Source of the DNA: an uncultured Opitutales bacterium
GTDB lineage: Bacteria; Verrucomicrobiota; Verrucomicrobiia; Opitutales; CAYWEO01
Assembly (NCBI GenBank): GCA_964457855.1
Contig: CAYWEO010000002.1
Coordinates: 9,015 to 73,014 of the forward strand
Length of the DNA stretch: 64,000 bases
Direction of reading: 5' to 3'
A program made the translations under genes and the position numbers. Under the pieces are notes generated by a model. The model was not told the origin of the DNA. It saw only the letters and a program-made list of their open reading frames with translations, and searched no databases. Below, in pieces: positions 28,242 to 36,404 of this stretch (its first letter is position 1; every line of letters starts with the position of its first letter).

Positions 28242-28877
28242 TTAGGAGTGGGGTTCTTTTGAAGCACTTGAGTTTGCGGGTCCGCTCGAAACAACGACCG
28301 TTGCTGGGCGGATCAAGCGCTCCTTCCATTGGTAACCTAGGCGGATGGTTTGGACAACGTGATCCTCCGGGATCGTGTCGTGCGCGATGTGAGAGACGCA
28401 CTCGTGCTTCAATGGATTGAAGGGACTGTTGGCGGCCGGAGAAATGCGCTCGATCCCCCTGTTGGTAAGGAGCGATTCCAGTTGATTGTAAATGATTTGG
28501 AACCCGCTAATGACGGCTGCGTCCTCGGTCGCCTGCTTTGTAGATTGAAGCCCCATCGCGAAATTGTCGATGATCGGTAAAAGGTCCTCCGTAAGGTTAA
28601 CAAACGCGTTCTGGATCATCTCCTCACGCTCGCGGATCATGCGCTTCCGGGAATTCTCTAAGTCCGCGTACGTGCGCAGATACTTTTCCTTAAAACTTTC
28701 CGCCTCCTGCTGAAGACTCTCCACCTTTGCCAACAGCTCCGAAAGATGCGTATGATCGCCATGATGCCCCTTCCCCCCCTTCTCGTGATCGCACGCCTCA
28801 CACGTGTGCTTGTGCGTATGAGAAGAATGCTCCTTCTTGTGCGAAGAACCTTTGTCCGTAGTTTCGTGCTGTGTCAT
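28242..28877 (-). CDS. grpE: nucleotide exchange factor GrpE with a His/Cys-rich N-terminal extension
   Basis: GrpE core (YLRTYADLENSRKRMIRE ... RLIRPATVVVS). The N-terminal ~45 aa read SSHKKEHSSHTHKHTCEACDHEKGGKGHHGDHTH. Confidence 0.9.
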   Translation of the reverse strand: MTQHETTDKGSSHKKEHSSHTHKHTCEACDHEKGGKGHHGDHTHLSELLAKVESLQQEAESFKEKYLRTYADLENSRKRMIREREEMIQNAFVNLTEDLLPIIDNFAMGLQSTKQATEDAAVISGFQIIYNQLESLLTNRGIERISPAANSPFNPLKHECVSHIAHDTIPEDHVVQTIRLGYQWKERLIRPATVVVSSGPANSSASKEPHS

Positions 28878-28911
28878 ATTGATGGAAAGGGATAGAAATA
28901 GGAAAGGTATA

Positions 28912-29194
28912 TTCGGAAACTTTTCTTTTCAAGAGAAAAGAAATAGTTTCCGAACCTTCAAAAGAAAAGCTATATCGGAAGGCATTTTAGTTCGGCCTGT
29001 AAGGCCGAACTAAAATGCCTTCCGAATACGAAAAGAAAAGAAGAGCAAAATCGGTTTGGCGCCGTCGATTTCGAGATGATAGGCAGGCGCACGAGATCAA
29101 GATGCCTGAGCGTACTAACACGTACGTGATGGCATTGAGATCGATGTGCAACGAACCTAGCGCTCGAAATCGCTACGGCGCCAAACCGATTTTT
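28912..29194 (+). repeat. repeat locus R10: H1 (28912-28954), H2 apex variant (28975-29025), FB-alpha (29047-29194)
   Basis: FB arms AAAATCGGTTTGGCGCCGTCGATTTCGAG / CTCGAAATCGCTACGGCGCCAAACCGATTTT. The right arm ends inside the hsp20 stop codon (29193-29195). Confidence 0.9.
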
Positions 29195-29663
29195 AGGCGA
29201 TATTTATTTTACTGGGCTTCTTTATGGCGAGTTTGGGGATGGAGATAGAAAGGATACCGTTATCGTATTTCGCGACGATTTTATCTGGGGTGATGCCATC
29301 TGGGATGGAGATGGAGCGAGTGACGTAGGATTGGTAGGAGGACTCGCAGGATTTGTTTTTGCATTCTTTGTGGGCAGAGGCCTTGATGGTGAGGATGTTA
29401 TTTTCGAATTCGATGGAAACATCCTCTTTGTTGAACCCTGGGAGGGCGGCCTTTGCGATGTATTGCACATCGTCTTCGTAGAGGTCGATGGGGAAGCTCT
29501 TCATGTCGTGGGAGCCTTCGATTTCGTCGTCTAGGAAGTATTTGAACCATCTGTCGACGATGGAGAAGGGGCTTTCTTCGTGATGAAAAACGCCGAATGG
29601 ATCCATGAGTCTTCTTTCTGGATGGTTATGGTGATGATGGTGGTTATGTTTCATTAGTTGCAT
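29193..29663 (-). CDS. Hsp20/alpha-crystallin small heat-shock protein with an N-terminal His run
   Basis: Alpha-crystallin domain (AALPGFNKEDVSIEFENNILTIKA ... AKYDNGILSISIPK). The N-terminus is MQLMKHNHHHHHNHPE. Confidence 0.9.
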   Translation of the reverse strand: MQLMKHNHHHHHNHPERRLMDPFGVFHHEESPFSIVDRWFKYFLDDEIEGSHDMKSFPIDLYEDDVQYIAKAALPGFNKEDVSIEFENNILTIKASAHKECKNKSCESSYQSYVTRSISIPDGITPDKIVAKYDNGILSISIPKLAIKKPSKINIA

Positions 29664-29711
29664 AGTATTGTCTTTGTTAAGGTTAATTAAATTAAACGAC
29701 TAATCTTTATT

Positions 29712-29727
29712 AGCAATTCACGTGCCA
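29712..29727 (-). promoter_or_regulatory. sigma54-type -24/-12 promoter candidate for hsp20
   Basis: The minus strand reads TGGCACGTGAATTGCT, i.e. TGGCACG-N4-TTGCT. The -12 GC lies about 50 nt upstream of the hsp20 ATG (29663). Confidence 0.55.
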
Positions 29728-29787
29728 TTATATAATTGAAAAAATGAAAAGTAAAGACGTCATTTTTTTATCACAGAAGGCGCGTGT

Positions 29788-29805
29788 TGTGTCAGAATTG
29801 ACACA
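29788..29805. promoter_or_regulatory. inverted repeat TGTGTCA-N4-TGACACA, candidate activator (UAS) or operator site upstream of the hsp20 promoter
   Basis: 7-bp perfect arms centred about 70 bp upstream of the -24 element. The half-site resembles the dnaK upstream repeat (CCTGTG[A/T]CA). Confidence 0.4.
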
Positions 29806-30011
29806 GGGTGGGGCGTTTTTTCACGTATTTCGTTGAAAAACCGTTCCAAAGATTTTTTTAAAAAAAGAATTTTTCTGTTGAGTTTTTCACAGATAAGGGT
29901 TAAATGGCAGGATTTAAGTAATTAAAAAAATGTTCAGAAATCAAATTTTACGTCGAAAAGAGAAGCTTATGGAACTTGTCTTTTCACATTTTTTTAGATT
30001 AGTGTTTTGTT

Positions 30012-30500
30012 ATGGAGTCGGGTGAAGTTAGTGCAGGTAAACAGCGGAGGGGTTCTCGTAGAGAGAATCGAGTGATTTGTCTGCAGTTTTTGTATTTTTG
30101 GGAAACCAAAATGGATCAGCCGTTGGACGATTTGTTGACGACTTTTTTTGATGGCTTGGAAAAGGACCGTTCGTTGTTTGGCTTTGCTGAGGCTTTAATT
30201 TTCGGGACGATCGAGAATGTGAAGTTGATTGACGAAAAGATCCAGGTTTGTGCAGATAATTGGACGTTAGATCGCATTTCGAAGGTGGATTTGGCGATTT
30301 TGAGAGTCGCTGTGTATGAATTATTCTACCGCGAAGACATTCCACCGATCGTGACCATTAACGAGGCCATAGAGCTGAGTAAGTTGTTCTCTGATAGAGA
30401 GTCCAAGCGTTTTGTGAATGGCGTGTTGGATAAAATGAAGGAATCATTGGGACGTCCGTTGCGTTCGGTAGCGGTCTTAGAGAAAGTGGAGAAAGTTTAG
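30012..30500 (+). CDS. nusB: transcription antitermination factor NusB
   Basis: 162 aa with RENRVICLQFLY...DRISKVDLAILRVAVYEL...INEAIELSK...FVNGVLDK. Confidence 0.85.
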   Translation: MESGEVSAGKQRRGSRRENRVICLQFLYFWETKMDQPLDDLLTTFFDGLEKDRSLFGFAEALIFGTIENVKLIDEKIQVCADNWTLDRISKVDLAILRVAVYELFYREDIPPIVTINEAIELSKLFSDRESKRFVNGVLDKMKESLGRPLRSVAVLEKVEKV

Positions 30501-30504
30501 GACG

Positions 30505-31416
30505 ATGTTTGGCTTCCTAAAGAAATTCAAAGATGGGCTGAAGAAAACAAGCGGGAAGATTCTCAACGCCTTTACGCAACTCCTTAATAGAGAGATTGAT
30601 GAGGACGCTTTGGCGGAATTGGAAGAGGCCCTTTATGAGGCGGATTTGGGTGTGGAAACCGTTCACGATCTCGTGGCGGAAATTCGGCAATTGGCCAATC
30701 AGGATAAACATTTGCAAAAGCAGCCCATTATAGAGGTTGGTTGTCGCTTGCTAGAACGCTTTTTAGAGGGCTCGGAAGCCACTCTGCGCGTGTCGAAGGG
30801 GCAGCAGGAAGTGATTTTACTCGTGGGTATTAATGGCGTTGGCAAGACGACGACGGCGGCCAAATTGGCTGCGTTTTTTAAAGCTCAGGGGTACGGCGTG
30901 ATTCTCGGAGCATGCGATACGTTTCGTGCGGCGGCTAATGAGCAGATTGATATTTGGAGCCAACGTTTGGGAATCGATTTGGTTTCGAGCCACCATGGTG
31001 CCGATTCCGCCGCTGTTGCGTTTGACACCTGCCAGGCGGCGAAAAGTCGTCAGCTGGACGTCGTTATTTTGGACACTGCCGGACGTTTGCACAATAAGGA
31101 AAATCTGATGGGCGAGCTCGCGAAAATGGAGCGTGTTTTGCAGCGTCAGGGGGTGACTTCTCTGCACAAATGGCTCGTCATCGACGGGACTTTGGGGAGT
31201 AATTCCATTTCGCAGGCGCAGCTATTCCATCAAAAAATTCAACTTTCTGGGCTGATTGTCACCAAGTTAGATGGAACGAGCCGTGGGGGGGCATTGGTGG
31301 GCATTTACCGTCAGTTGCGCTTACCCATTTATTTTGTGGGTTTAGGCGAAAAAGTTGATGACCTGCAACCGTTTATTATCAAGGATTATGTCAGTGGATT
31401 GTTTAAATCCGAGTGA
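30505..31416 (+). CDS. ftsY: signal recognition particle receptor FtsY (NG domain only)
   Basis: GINGVGKTTTAAKLA, DTAGR, TKLDGT. Confidence 0.9.
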   Translation: MFGFLKKFKDGLKKTSGKILNAFTQLLNREIDEDALAELEEALYEADLGVETVHDLVAEIRQLANQDKHLQKQPIIEVGCRLLERFLEGSEATLRVSKGQQEVILLVGINGVGKTTTAAKLAAFFKAQGYGVILGACDTFRAAANEQIDIWSQRLGIDLVSSHHGADSAAVAFDTCQAAKSRQLDVVILDTAGRLHNKENLMGELAKMERVLQRQGVTSLHKWLVIDGTLGSNSISQAQLFHQKIQLSGLIVTKLDGTSRGGALVGIYRQLRLPIYFVGLGEKVDDLQPFIIKDYVSGLFKSE

Positions 31417-32368
31417 GGATTTAGGGCCAAATCAGTGTCTAGAAGTTGGTGAAAGTAGCGATCCATGGTGCGAATACGTCCTGGATCCGCTGTCTGATGG
31501 GGATCGGTTGGACAAAGTTCTGACCTTGCATTTGAATGGGCAGGTGAGCCGTCAGCAACTTCAAAAATCCTTTGATCAACAACAGGTTCTGCTCAATGGC
31601 GTTCCCGTGAGTAAGGACTGCCGTGCGGCCAATGGCGGCGTGCTTCGGTACCGTTTAATTGATCTCATTCCGACTGAGTTGAAGCCGATCGATTTGGAGA
31701 TGACGTATCTCTTTGAAGATGAGCATATTGTCGTCGTTGACAAGCCTTCCGGTCTCGTTGTTTACCCGGGTCATGGCAAGGAGGAAGTCTCTGTCGTTCA
31801 AGCAGTTCTGTCGCATTGTCCCCTAAGTGCTGCTTCAGGTAAGGATCGGCCAGGAATTGTGCATCGTCTCGACAAAGAAACGTCCGGTGTGATGGTTTTG
31901 GCCAAGACGGATAAGGCGTATCATAAGCTCGTTAAGTTGTTTGCTGCCAGAGAGATCAAGAAGATTTACTGGGCTCTCGTAAAGGGTATTCCTCGCTTGC
32001 GGTCCGGCGTTATTCAGCTGCCCATCATGCGGCATTCCACCGTGAAGACGAAGATGATGACGCACGCGAGGGGTCTGCAAGCCCGCACCGATTGGGTTCT
32101 TGAAACTGCTTTCCAGCGTTGCTGCCTTCTTCGCTGCACCCTCCACTCGGGACGCACCCACCAAATTCGCGTCCACCTAAGCGCCATCGGGCACCCCGTT
32201 GTCGGTGATCGTGAGTACGGTTATGGGGACCAAAAACTGCCTCCAACCCCTCGTTTCTTCCTCCACGCGCACATTCTCGGCTTCTCCCATCCCCTTACCC
32301 ACCAACCCCTTACGTTCGTCTCCGAACTGCCAGAGGACTTTAAGGGGTATGTTAAGGCAGTGACTTGA
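31388..32368 (+). CDS. rluD: RluD/RluA-family 23S rRNA pseudouridine synthase
   Basis: S4-like N-terminal domain and catalytic HRLDKETSGVMVLAKT. The start is uncertain: ATG 31388 is chosen, while the track start 31355 overlaps ftsY by 62 nt. Confidence 0.75.
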   Translation: MSVDCLNPSEDLGPNQCLEVGESSDPWCEYVLDPLSDGDRLDKVLTLHLNGQVSRQQLQKSFDQQQVLLNGVPVSKDCRAANGGVLRYRLIDLIPTELKPIDLEMTYLFEDEHIVVVDKPSGLVVYPGHGKEEVSVVQAVLSHCPLSAASGKDRPGIVHRLDKETSGVMVLAKTDKAYHKLVKLFAAREIKKIYWALVKGIPRLRSGVIQLPIMRHSTVKTKMMTHARGLQARTDWVLETAFQRCCLLRCTLHSGRTHQIRVHLSAIGHPVVGDREYGYGDQKLPPTPRFFLHAHILGFSHPLTHQPLTFVSELPEDFKGYVKAVT

Positions 32369-32388
32369 AGGGTGAGCGAATGTTGTTA

Positions 32389-32734
32389 TTTCGGGAACCT
32401 TTCTGTTCACGAGAACAGAAAAGGTTCCCGAACCCTCCAAAGAAAAGCGGTATCGGAAGGCATTTTTATCGCCAAAAACCGCTAAGAAAACATCGATTTT
32501 GAGGGGTCGTTTTGTAAAAAATAACTTTGGCCCACCACTTTGAGGGAGACAGTAGTCAGTTTGCCCAGAAACCGAACAGATTCCTGGCACAAACCGCAAA
32601 GAAGGCACCGATTTTGAGATGATAGAGACGGCTTAGAAAAAATTTTACTCCTGAGCGTACTAACGTACGTGATGGGGTAAAATTTTTTCTAAACGGAACT
32701 CTAGCGCTCAAAAGCGACACCTTCTTTGCGGTTT

Positions 32735-32744
<10 letters not shown>
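32389..32744 (+). repeat. repeat locus R11: H1 variant (32389-32432), half H2, degenerate segment, FB-beta (32583-32744) overlapping the tRNA(CAU) 3' end
   Basis: Outer arms CCTGGCACAAACCGCAAAGAAGG (32583-32605) / CCTTCTTTGCGGTTTTGGTGCCAGG (32720-32744). The right arm includes the tRNA acceptor 3' strand and CCA. Confidence 0.9.
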
Positions 32745-32809
<65 letters not shown>

Positions 32810-32851
32810 GTGCACGGAAATCCTAACGAAACGAGCCTCCCTAATTAAAAA

Positions 32852-32923
32852 GCGCCTCCACCCGGAATCGAACCGAGATTAACGGTTTAGGAAACCGCGG
32901 TTCTGTCCATTGAACTATGGAGA
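32852..32923 (-). tRNA. tRNA-Arg (anticodon CCU)
   Basis: Hand-folded. Acceptor GUCUCCA/UGGAGGC, anticodon arm GCGGU-UUCCUAA-ACCGU, T arm CUCGG-UUCGAUU-CCGGG. CCA is not encoded. Confidence 0.75.
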
Positions 32924-33115
32924 CACGAACTTTTAAGGAAGAATATGAAGATTTCACTCGACAACATCCTGATAAAAAAGTCAAACAAAAGATCGATCGG
33001 TCGAGAGATTTTTTTGATAAAAGGGTGTTTTCTAAACGAACAAAGGCTTCTGAACTAAAAAGCACTTTTTTATAGATTGCAAAATTTTAGAATTTGTTTT
33101 CTAATAGAAGGATTG

Positions 33116-33937
33116 ATGCGTTTATTAAAGGGTTATTGTTTCTTTGTGGTGTGTGCGCTGGGTGTGGCGTGGGCGAGTGGCTTTGGCGTGAAGTACCTGA
33201 AGGAGAAGGAGTTGCCGAAGCTGATAGCTTATACGGAAAATTTTCCGCCGTTCAATTATCCAGATGAGAAGGGGAATGTTGTGGGGATTTCTGCTGACAT
33301 TTTGAAGCATATTGCGAAGGAAATGGGTCTGGCGTTGGAGATTCAGTGTGTTTCGTGGGAGCAGGCTTATGAGAAGACGAGGGCGCGTCAGGTGGGGAAG
33401 GTGGCAGCCAACGTCGTACTGCACTCTGCTGTTCGCACGCCAGAAAGGGAAGGGTTTTTCAAGTGGGCTGGTCCGATTGTGGATGATTACAGTACGTGCG
33501 TATTGGGACTGGGCACAAACCGCAAAATCGCGGCTCTCAAAAAGCTTGCGGATATTGCTCAATACACGGTGGCGCTGATTCCAGATGATGTGGATACGCA
33601 GTATTTGATGCACCAAAAAATCGTTAAGAAGGATACCGGTCGCGTGATCTTCGAAAAAGGCATTACTGAGTGCGTAAAAAGTTTGTACGCAGGAAAATGC
33701 GATTTGATCGTGATGCCATTCGGTCCTGCAAAGATTCAGGCTCAGGATAACCATTTTGATGTTTCCTTGCTAAAGAAAATCCTTCCCGTAAAGGGGCTTG
33801 CGAAGAGAGAAATTTACTTTGCATTTAGCAGGGAAACGTCAGATGATGTTGTGACAAAGTTTCAAAGAATTTTGGATGCATTCAAAAAATCGCCTGCTTA
33901 TTCCAACATGATTAATAGGTATCTCCAAATGTTTTAA
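33116..33937 (+). CDS. periplasmic solute-binding protein (family 3, amino-acid type); orphan, with no adjacent permease or ATPase
   Basis: Signal peptide MRLLKGYCFFVVCALGVAWA. ENFPPFNYPDEKGNVVGISADILKHIAKEMGL is typical of SBP_bac_3. ATG 33116 is preferred over the TTG at 33077. Confidence 0.75.
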   Translation: MRLLKGYCFFVVCALGVAWASGFGVKYLKEKELPKLIAYTENFPPFNYPDEKGNVVGISADILKHIAKEMGLALEIQCVSWEQAYEKTRARQVGKVAANVVLHSAVRTPEREGFFKWAGPIVDDYSTCVLGLGTNRKIAALKKLADIAQYTVALIPDDVDTQYLMHQKIVKKDTGRVIFEKGITECVKSLYAGKCDLIVMPFGPAKIQAQDNHFDVSLLKKILPVKGLAKREIYFAFSRETSDDVVTKFQRILDAFKKSPAYSNMINRYLQMF

Positions 33938-34072
33938 GGGAGAAATTAGTTATCTATTTATTTCGAGAGAAATACTTGACATCCTCTTGGTTGTTATGTC
34001 AACGTCTCCCTGAAGGTCAAGAACCATTTAGAATTTGAGTACTACGTCCTTAACTTTAACAAAAAAAATAGT

Positions 34073-36106
34073 ATGAAAACCAATACATTCTTTAAACACA
34101 TTGCAACGAGTTCCCTCGCTTTGATGATCGGCCTGCAGGCACCATTCGCCTTAGGAATGCTCGATAAAAAAGATAACCCAAGCGCGCCTCAGCAATATCA
34201 AAATACGCAAGACCCTCAACATCAATTGCTTAGAAATCGCTTGCTGAACGAACTCCGTGTATTAAGCGCTGGTCTCTCCGAGCATCTCCGCAACATAAAA
34301 GCAGATAACAGTGATAACAGTGACGACAGTGACGACGAAATATCGATCAATGGGGAAAATTTCAGCATCGAAAGCAAAGAAGGTTTAGATGTCGAAAAAC
34401 AAAAACAAGCACTCAACATTCCAAAAAGAAAGTTCCAAGCACAAGATTTTCGACGTCTCGAATTCCTGCTCGGTAAAGAAGATAGTCTTCAAATTTTCGC
34501 ATTAATGATTCAGAATGGCCTTGATATAAAAGATATTATGAAGGACATTCAAGACGCAAAAGATAAGCACAATCAAACATACAGCAAAAAAAATGCCTTT
34601 TTAGATCTCAAAATCAAGTTTGCCGATGACTATTACAAAGGTGATGGTTCTTTGAAAAATGCTGAGGTTTCTGAACCAGAAAAGATTCAGGATTTCAGCT
34701 ATAAAGCAAATTATGATTATTTACATGAAGGCCATCCCAGGCGTGAAGTTCACCAATTGATTAAGAATCTACATCCGAAACAAATAAAAATATTCAAAAC
34801 GTCTGACTTTTTAGGAGGTTTGAGCTGGTTCGATTTTAAAGAGATGAAGAATGATAAAGGTTACCGTTACTTAGAGTGGGGTACTGGTCGTGATGTCGAG
34901 ATTCGCATAGGTAAAGGTGTTGAGGAATTTGTCAATAAGCGGTCGCCTAGCAAAGGATTGGTTTTTGTTTCTCACGACGGCTATACAAAATTTGTTTTCA
35001 ATAGACGTTATGGAATCGTAAACGATGAAGAAAAAACAAGCTACACCAAAGATTTTTTGGATACATGTTTCAACAGTGAAGAAAAAAACAAACGATTAAC
35101 GGAGATACTCCAACAATGTCATCAATTACGTAAACAATCAGCACCTGTGTTCTCGGAGCAGACATGCAATCGCTTTTTTGATGCTAGATTTGACCTTATG
35201 GTTCATCTCGAAGAGAATAAAGGGCGTTCAAAATTTATTAAAAAATGTTATCAAGATAGTCATCTTGAGGTCAATGAAAGTAAAGGTAGACTAGAGTTGC
35301 TAAACGATAAAAATGAACTCATCAGCGTTGTGATTCCATTTGAGGACTTAGTGGAATGCTTCAAGTCAGTTAAAAAAATTAGTTTTTCGTACGATAGTGA
35401 TCAAATCAACCAAATATTATTCGATAAATTAAGTGCAAAAAATGTGTCACATTTCCAAATATCTAAGGTTGATATTCCAAAACTTTTTAAATGGATTAAA
35501 GAGACAGGGAGTGACACATTTAACAACCGCAAGGAATTCAGTCTCACGTGCTTGCCATACTTTAGTATCAGCAGTCAGCCTAATTATCTCGAATACGTTA
35601 ATACTGGTGTCAGCGTTCCAGAAGATCCTAACGGAGTTAAGCCTTTAATCAATTTCTTAAAAGATCACCCTACAATCGAACGTTTAAATTTGGCCGGTTT
35701 GTGGTTCGACGTGCCCACCATTCTGGAGATTTGCAAAGTCCTACCAAATCTCAAAATACTCGTTATCGGAGTGGGTGGTTATGATGTACCTGGGAATTTC
35801 AAATTTGACAATTTTATACCCTATGGCAGTAGTATGATTACGCTGTATAAATTTTCCGATACATTGAAGATCGAAGCTGAATTGCCAAAAAATGCTAAAT
35901 TGATTGTAGTGTCTGTGTTGCCAACAATCAATAATAACGAAATAAAAATCAAGCCTTATGTTGGAAAGGAACTCAATACTGATTTATTCGATAAAGAGCA
36001 TATGATCATCAAGGGTACAAAGATTGTTTTTGAGGGTAAAGTTAAGTACAACAACGACTTCCAAAACAAGAAAATGGAGAAAGAAATCGAAATTAAAAAA
36101 GAGTAG
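34073..36106 (+). CDS. large secreted hypothetical protein with an acidic DNSD repeat and a C-terminal LRR-like segment
   Basis: 677 aa with signal peptide (SSLALMIGLQAPFALG) and DNSDNSDDSDDE. The C-terminus reads HPTIERLNLAGLWFDVPTILEICKVLPNLKILVIG. It is Lys/Asn-rich and AT-rich by eye. Confidence 0.65.
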   Translation: MKTNTFFKHIATSSLALMIGLQAPFALGMLDKKDNPSAPQQYQNTQDPQHQLLRNRLLNELRVLSAGLSEHLRNIKADNSDNSDDSDDEISINGENFSIESKEGLDVEKQKQALNIPKRKFQAQDFRRLEFLLGKEDSLQIFALMIQNGLDIKDIMKDIQDAKDKHNQTYSKKNAFLDLKIKFADDYYKGDGSLKNAEVSEPEKIQDFSYKANYDYLHEGHPRREVHQLIKNLHPKQIKIFKTSDFLGGLSWFDFKEMKNDKGYRYLEWGTGRDVEIRIGKGVEEFVNKRSPSKGLVFVSHDGYTKFVFNRRYGIVNDEEKTSYTKDFLDTCFNSEEKNKRLTEILQQCHQLRKQSAPVFSEQTCNRFFDARFDLMVHLEENKGRSKFIKKCYQDSHLEVNESKGRLELLNDKNELISVVIPFEDLVECFKSVKKISFSYDSDQINQILFDKLSAKNVSHFQISKVDIPKLFKWIKETGSDTFNNRKEFSLTCLPYFSISSQPNYLEYVNTGVSVPEDPNGVKPLINFLKDHPTIERLNLAGLWFDVPTILEICKVLPNLKILVIGVGGYDVPGNFKFDNFIPYGSSMITLYKFSDTLKIEAELPKNAKLIVVSVLPTINNNEIKIKPYVGKELNTDLFDKEHMIIKGTKIVFEGKVKYNNDFQNKKMEKEIEIKKE

Positions 36107-36160
36107 TCAAACTAAAGGCCCTAGACCATTAGAGTTAAAAATTAACCGACCAATTTTAGG

Positions 36161-36197
36161 ATAGAGCCAATAACCCCGAAGAGGTTATTGGCTCTAT
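36161..36197 (+). terminator. hairpin downstream of the 677-aa gene (terminator candidate, no U-tract)
   Basis: ATAGAGCCAATAACC-CCGAAGA-GGTTATTGGCTCTAT, a 15-bp perfect stem 55 nt after the stop at 36106. Confidence 0.4.
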
Positions 36198-36253
36198 GAT
36201 TAAACCTAAAATTCGCACTCTTTTAAGTACAAAGTAAAGGTCGGTGCGCTCAT

Positions 36254-36336
36254 GCCGTTGGACTTCGCGAGCTGACTTGTTTGGACAAGCTCCAAAAGCA
36301 TTCGTTCCCCGCCGCACAACGGCCTGTTTTTATTTT
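36254..36336 (+). ncRNA. GC-rich structured segment ending in a T-run (candidate small RNA or intrinsic terminator)
   Basis: GCCGTTG (36254-36260) pairs with CAACGGC (36317-36323), followed by CTGTTTTTATTTT. There is an internal hairpin GAGC-TGA-CTTGT-TTGG-ACAAG-CTC. The segment is locally much more GC-rich than the surrounding islet. Confidence 0.25.
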
Positions 36337-36404
36337 CGAGAAAAACATTTGACCTTCCTCAGTTTCAAATGTGAACTACTCAGTCTTCAAAAGGAAAAGT
36401 TTTC

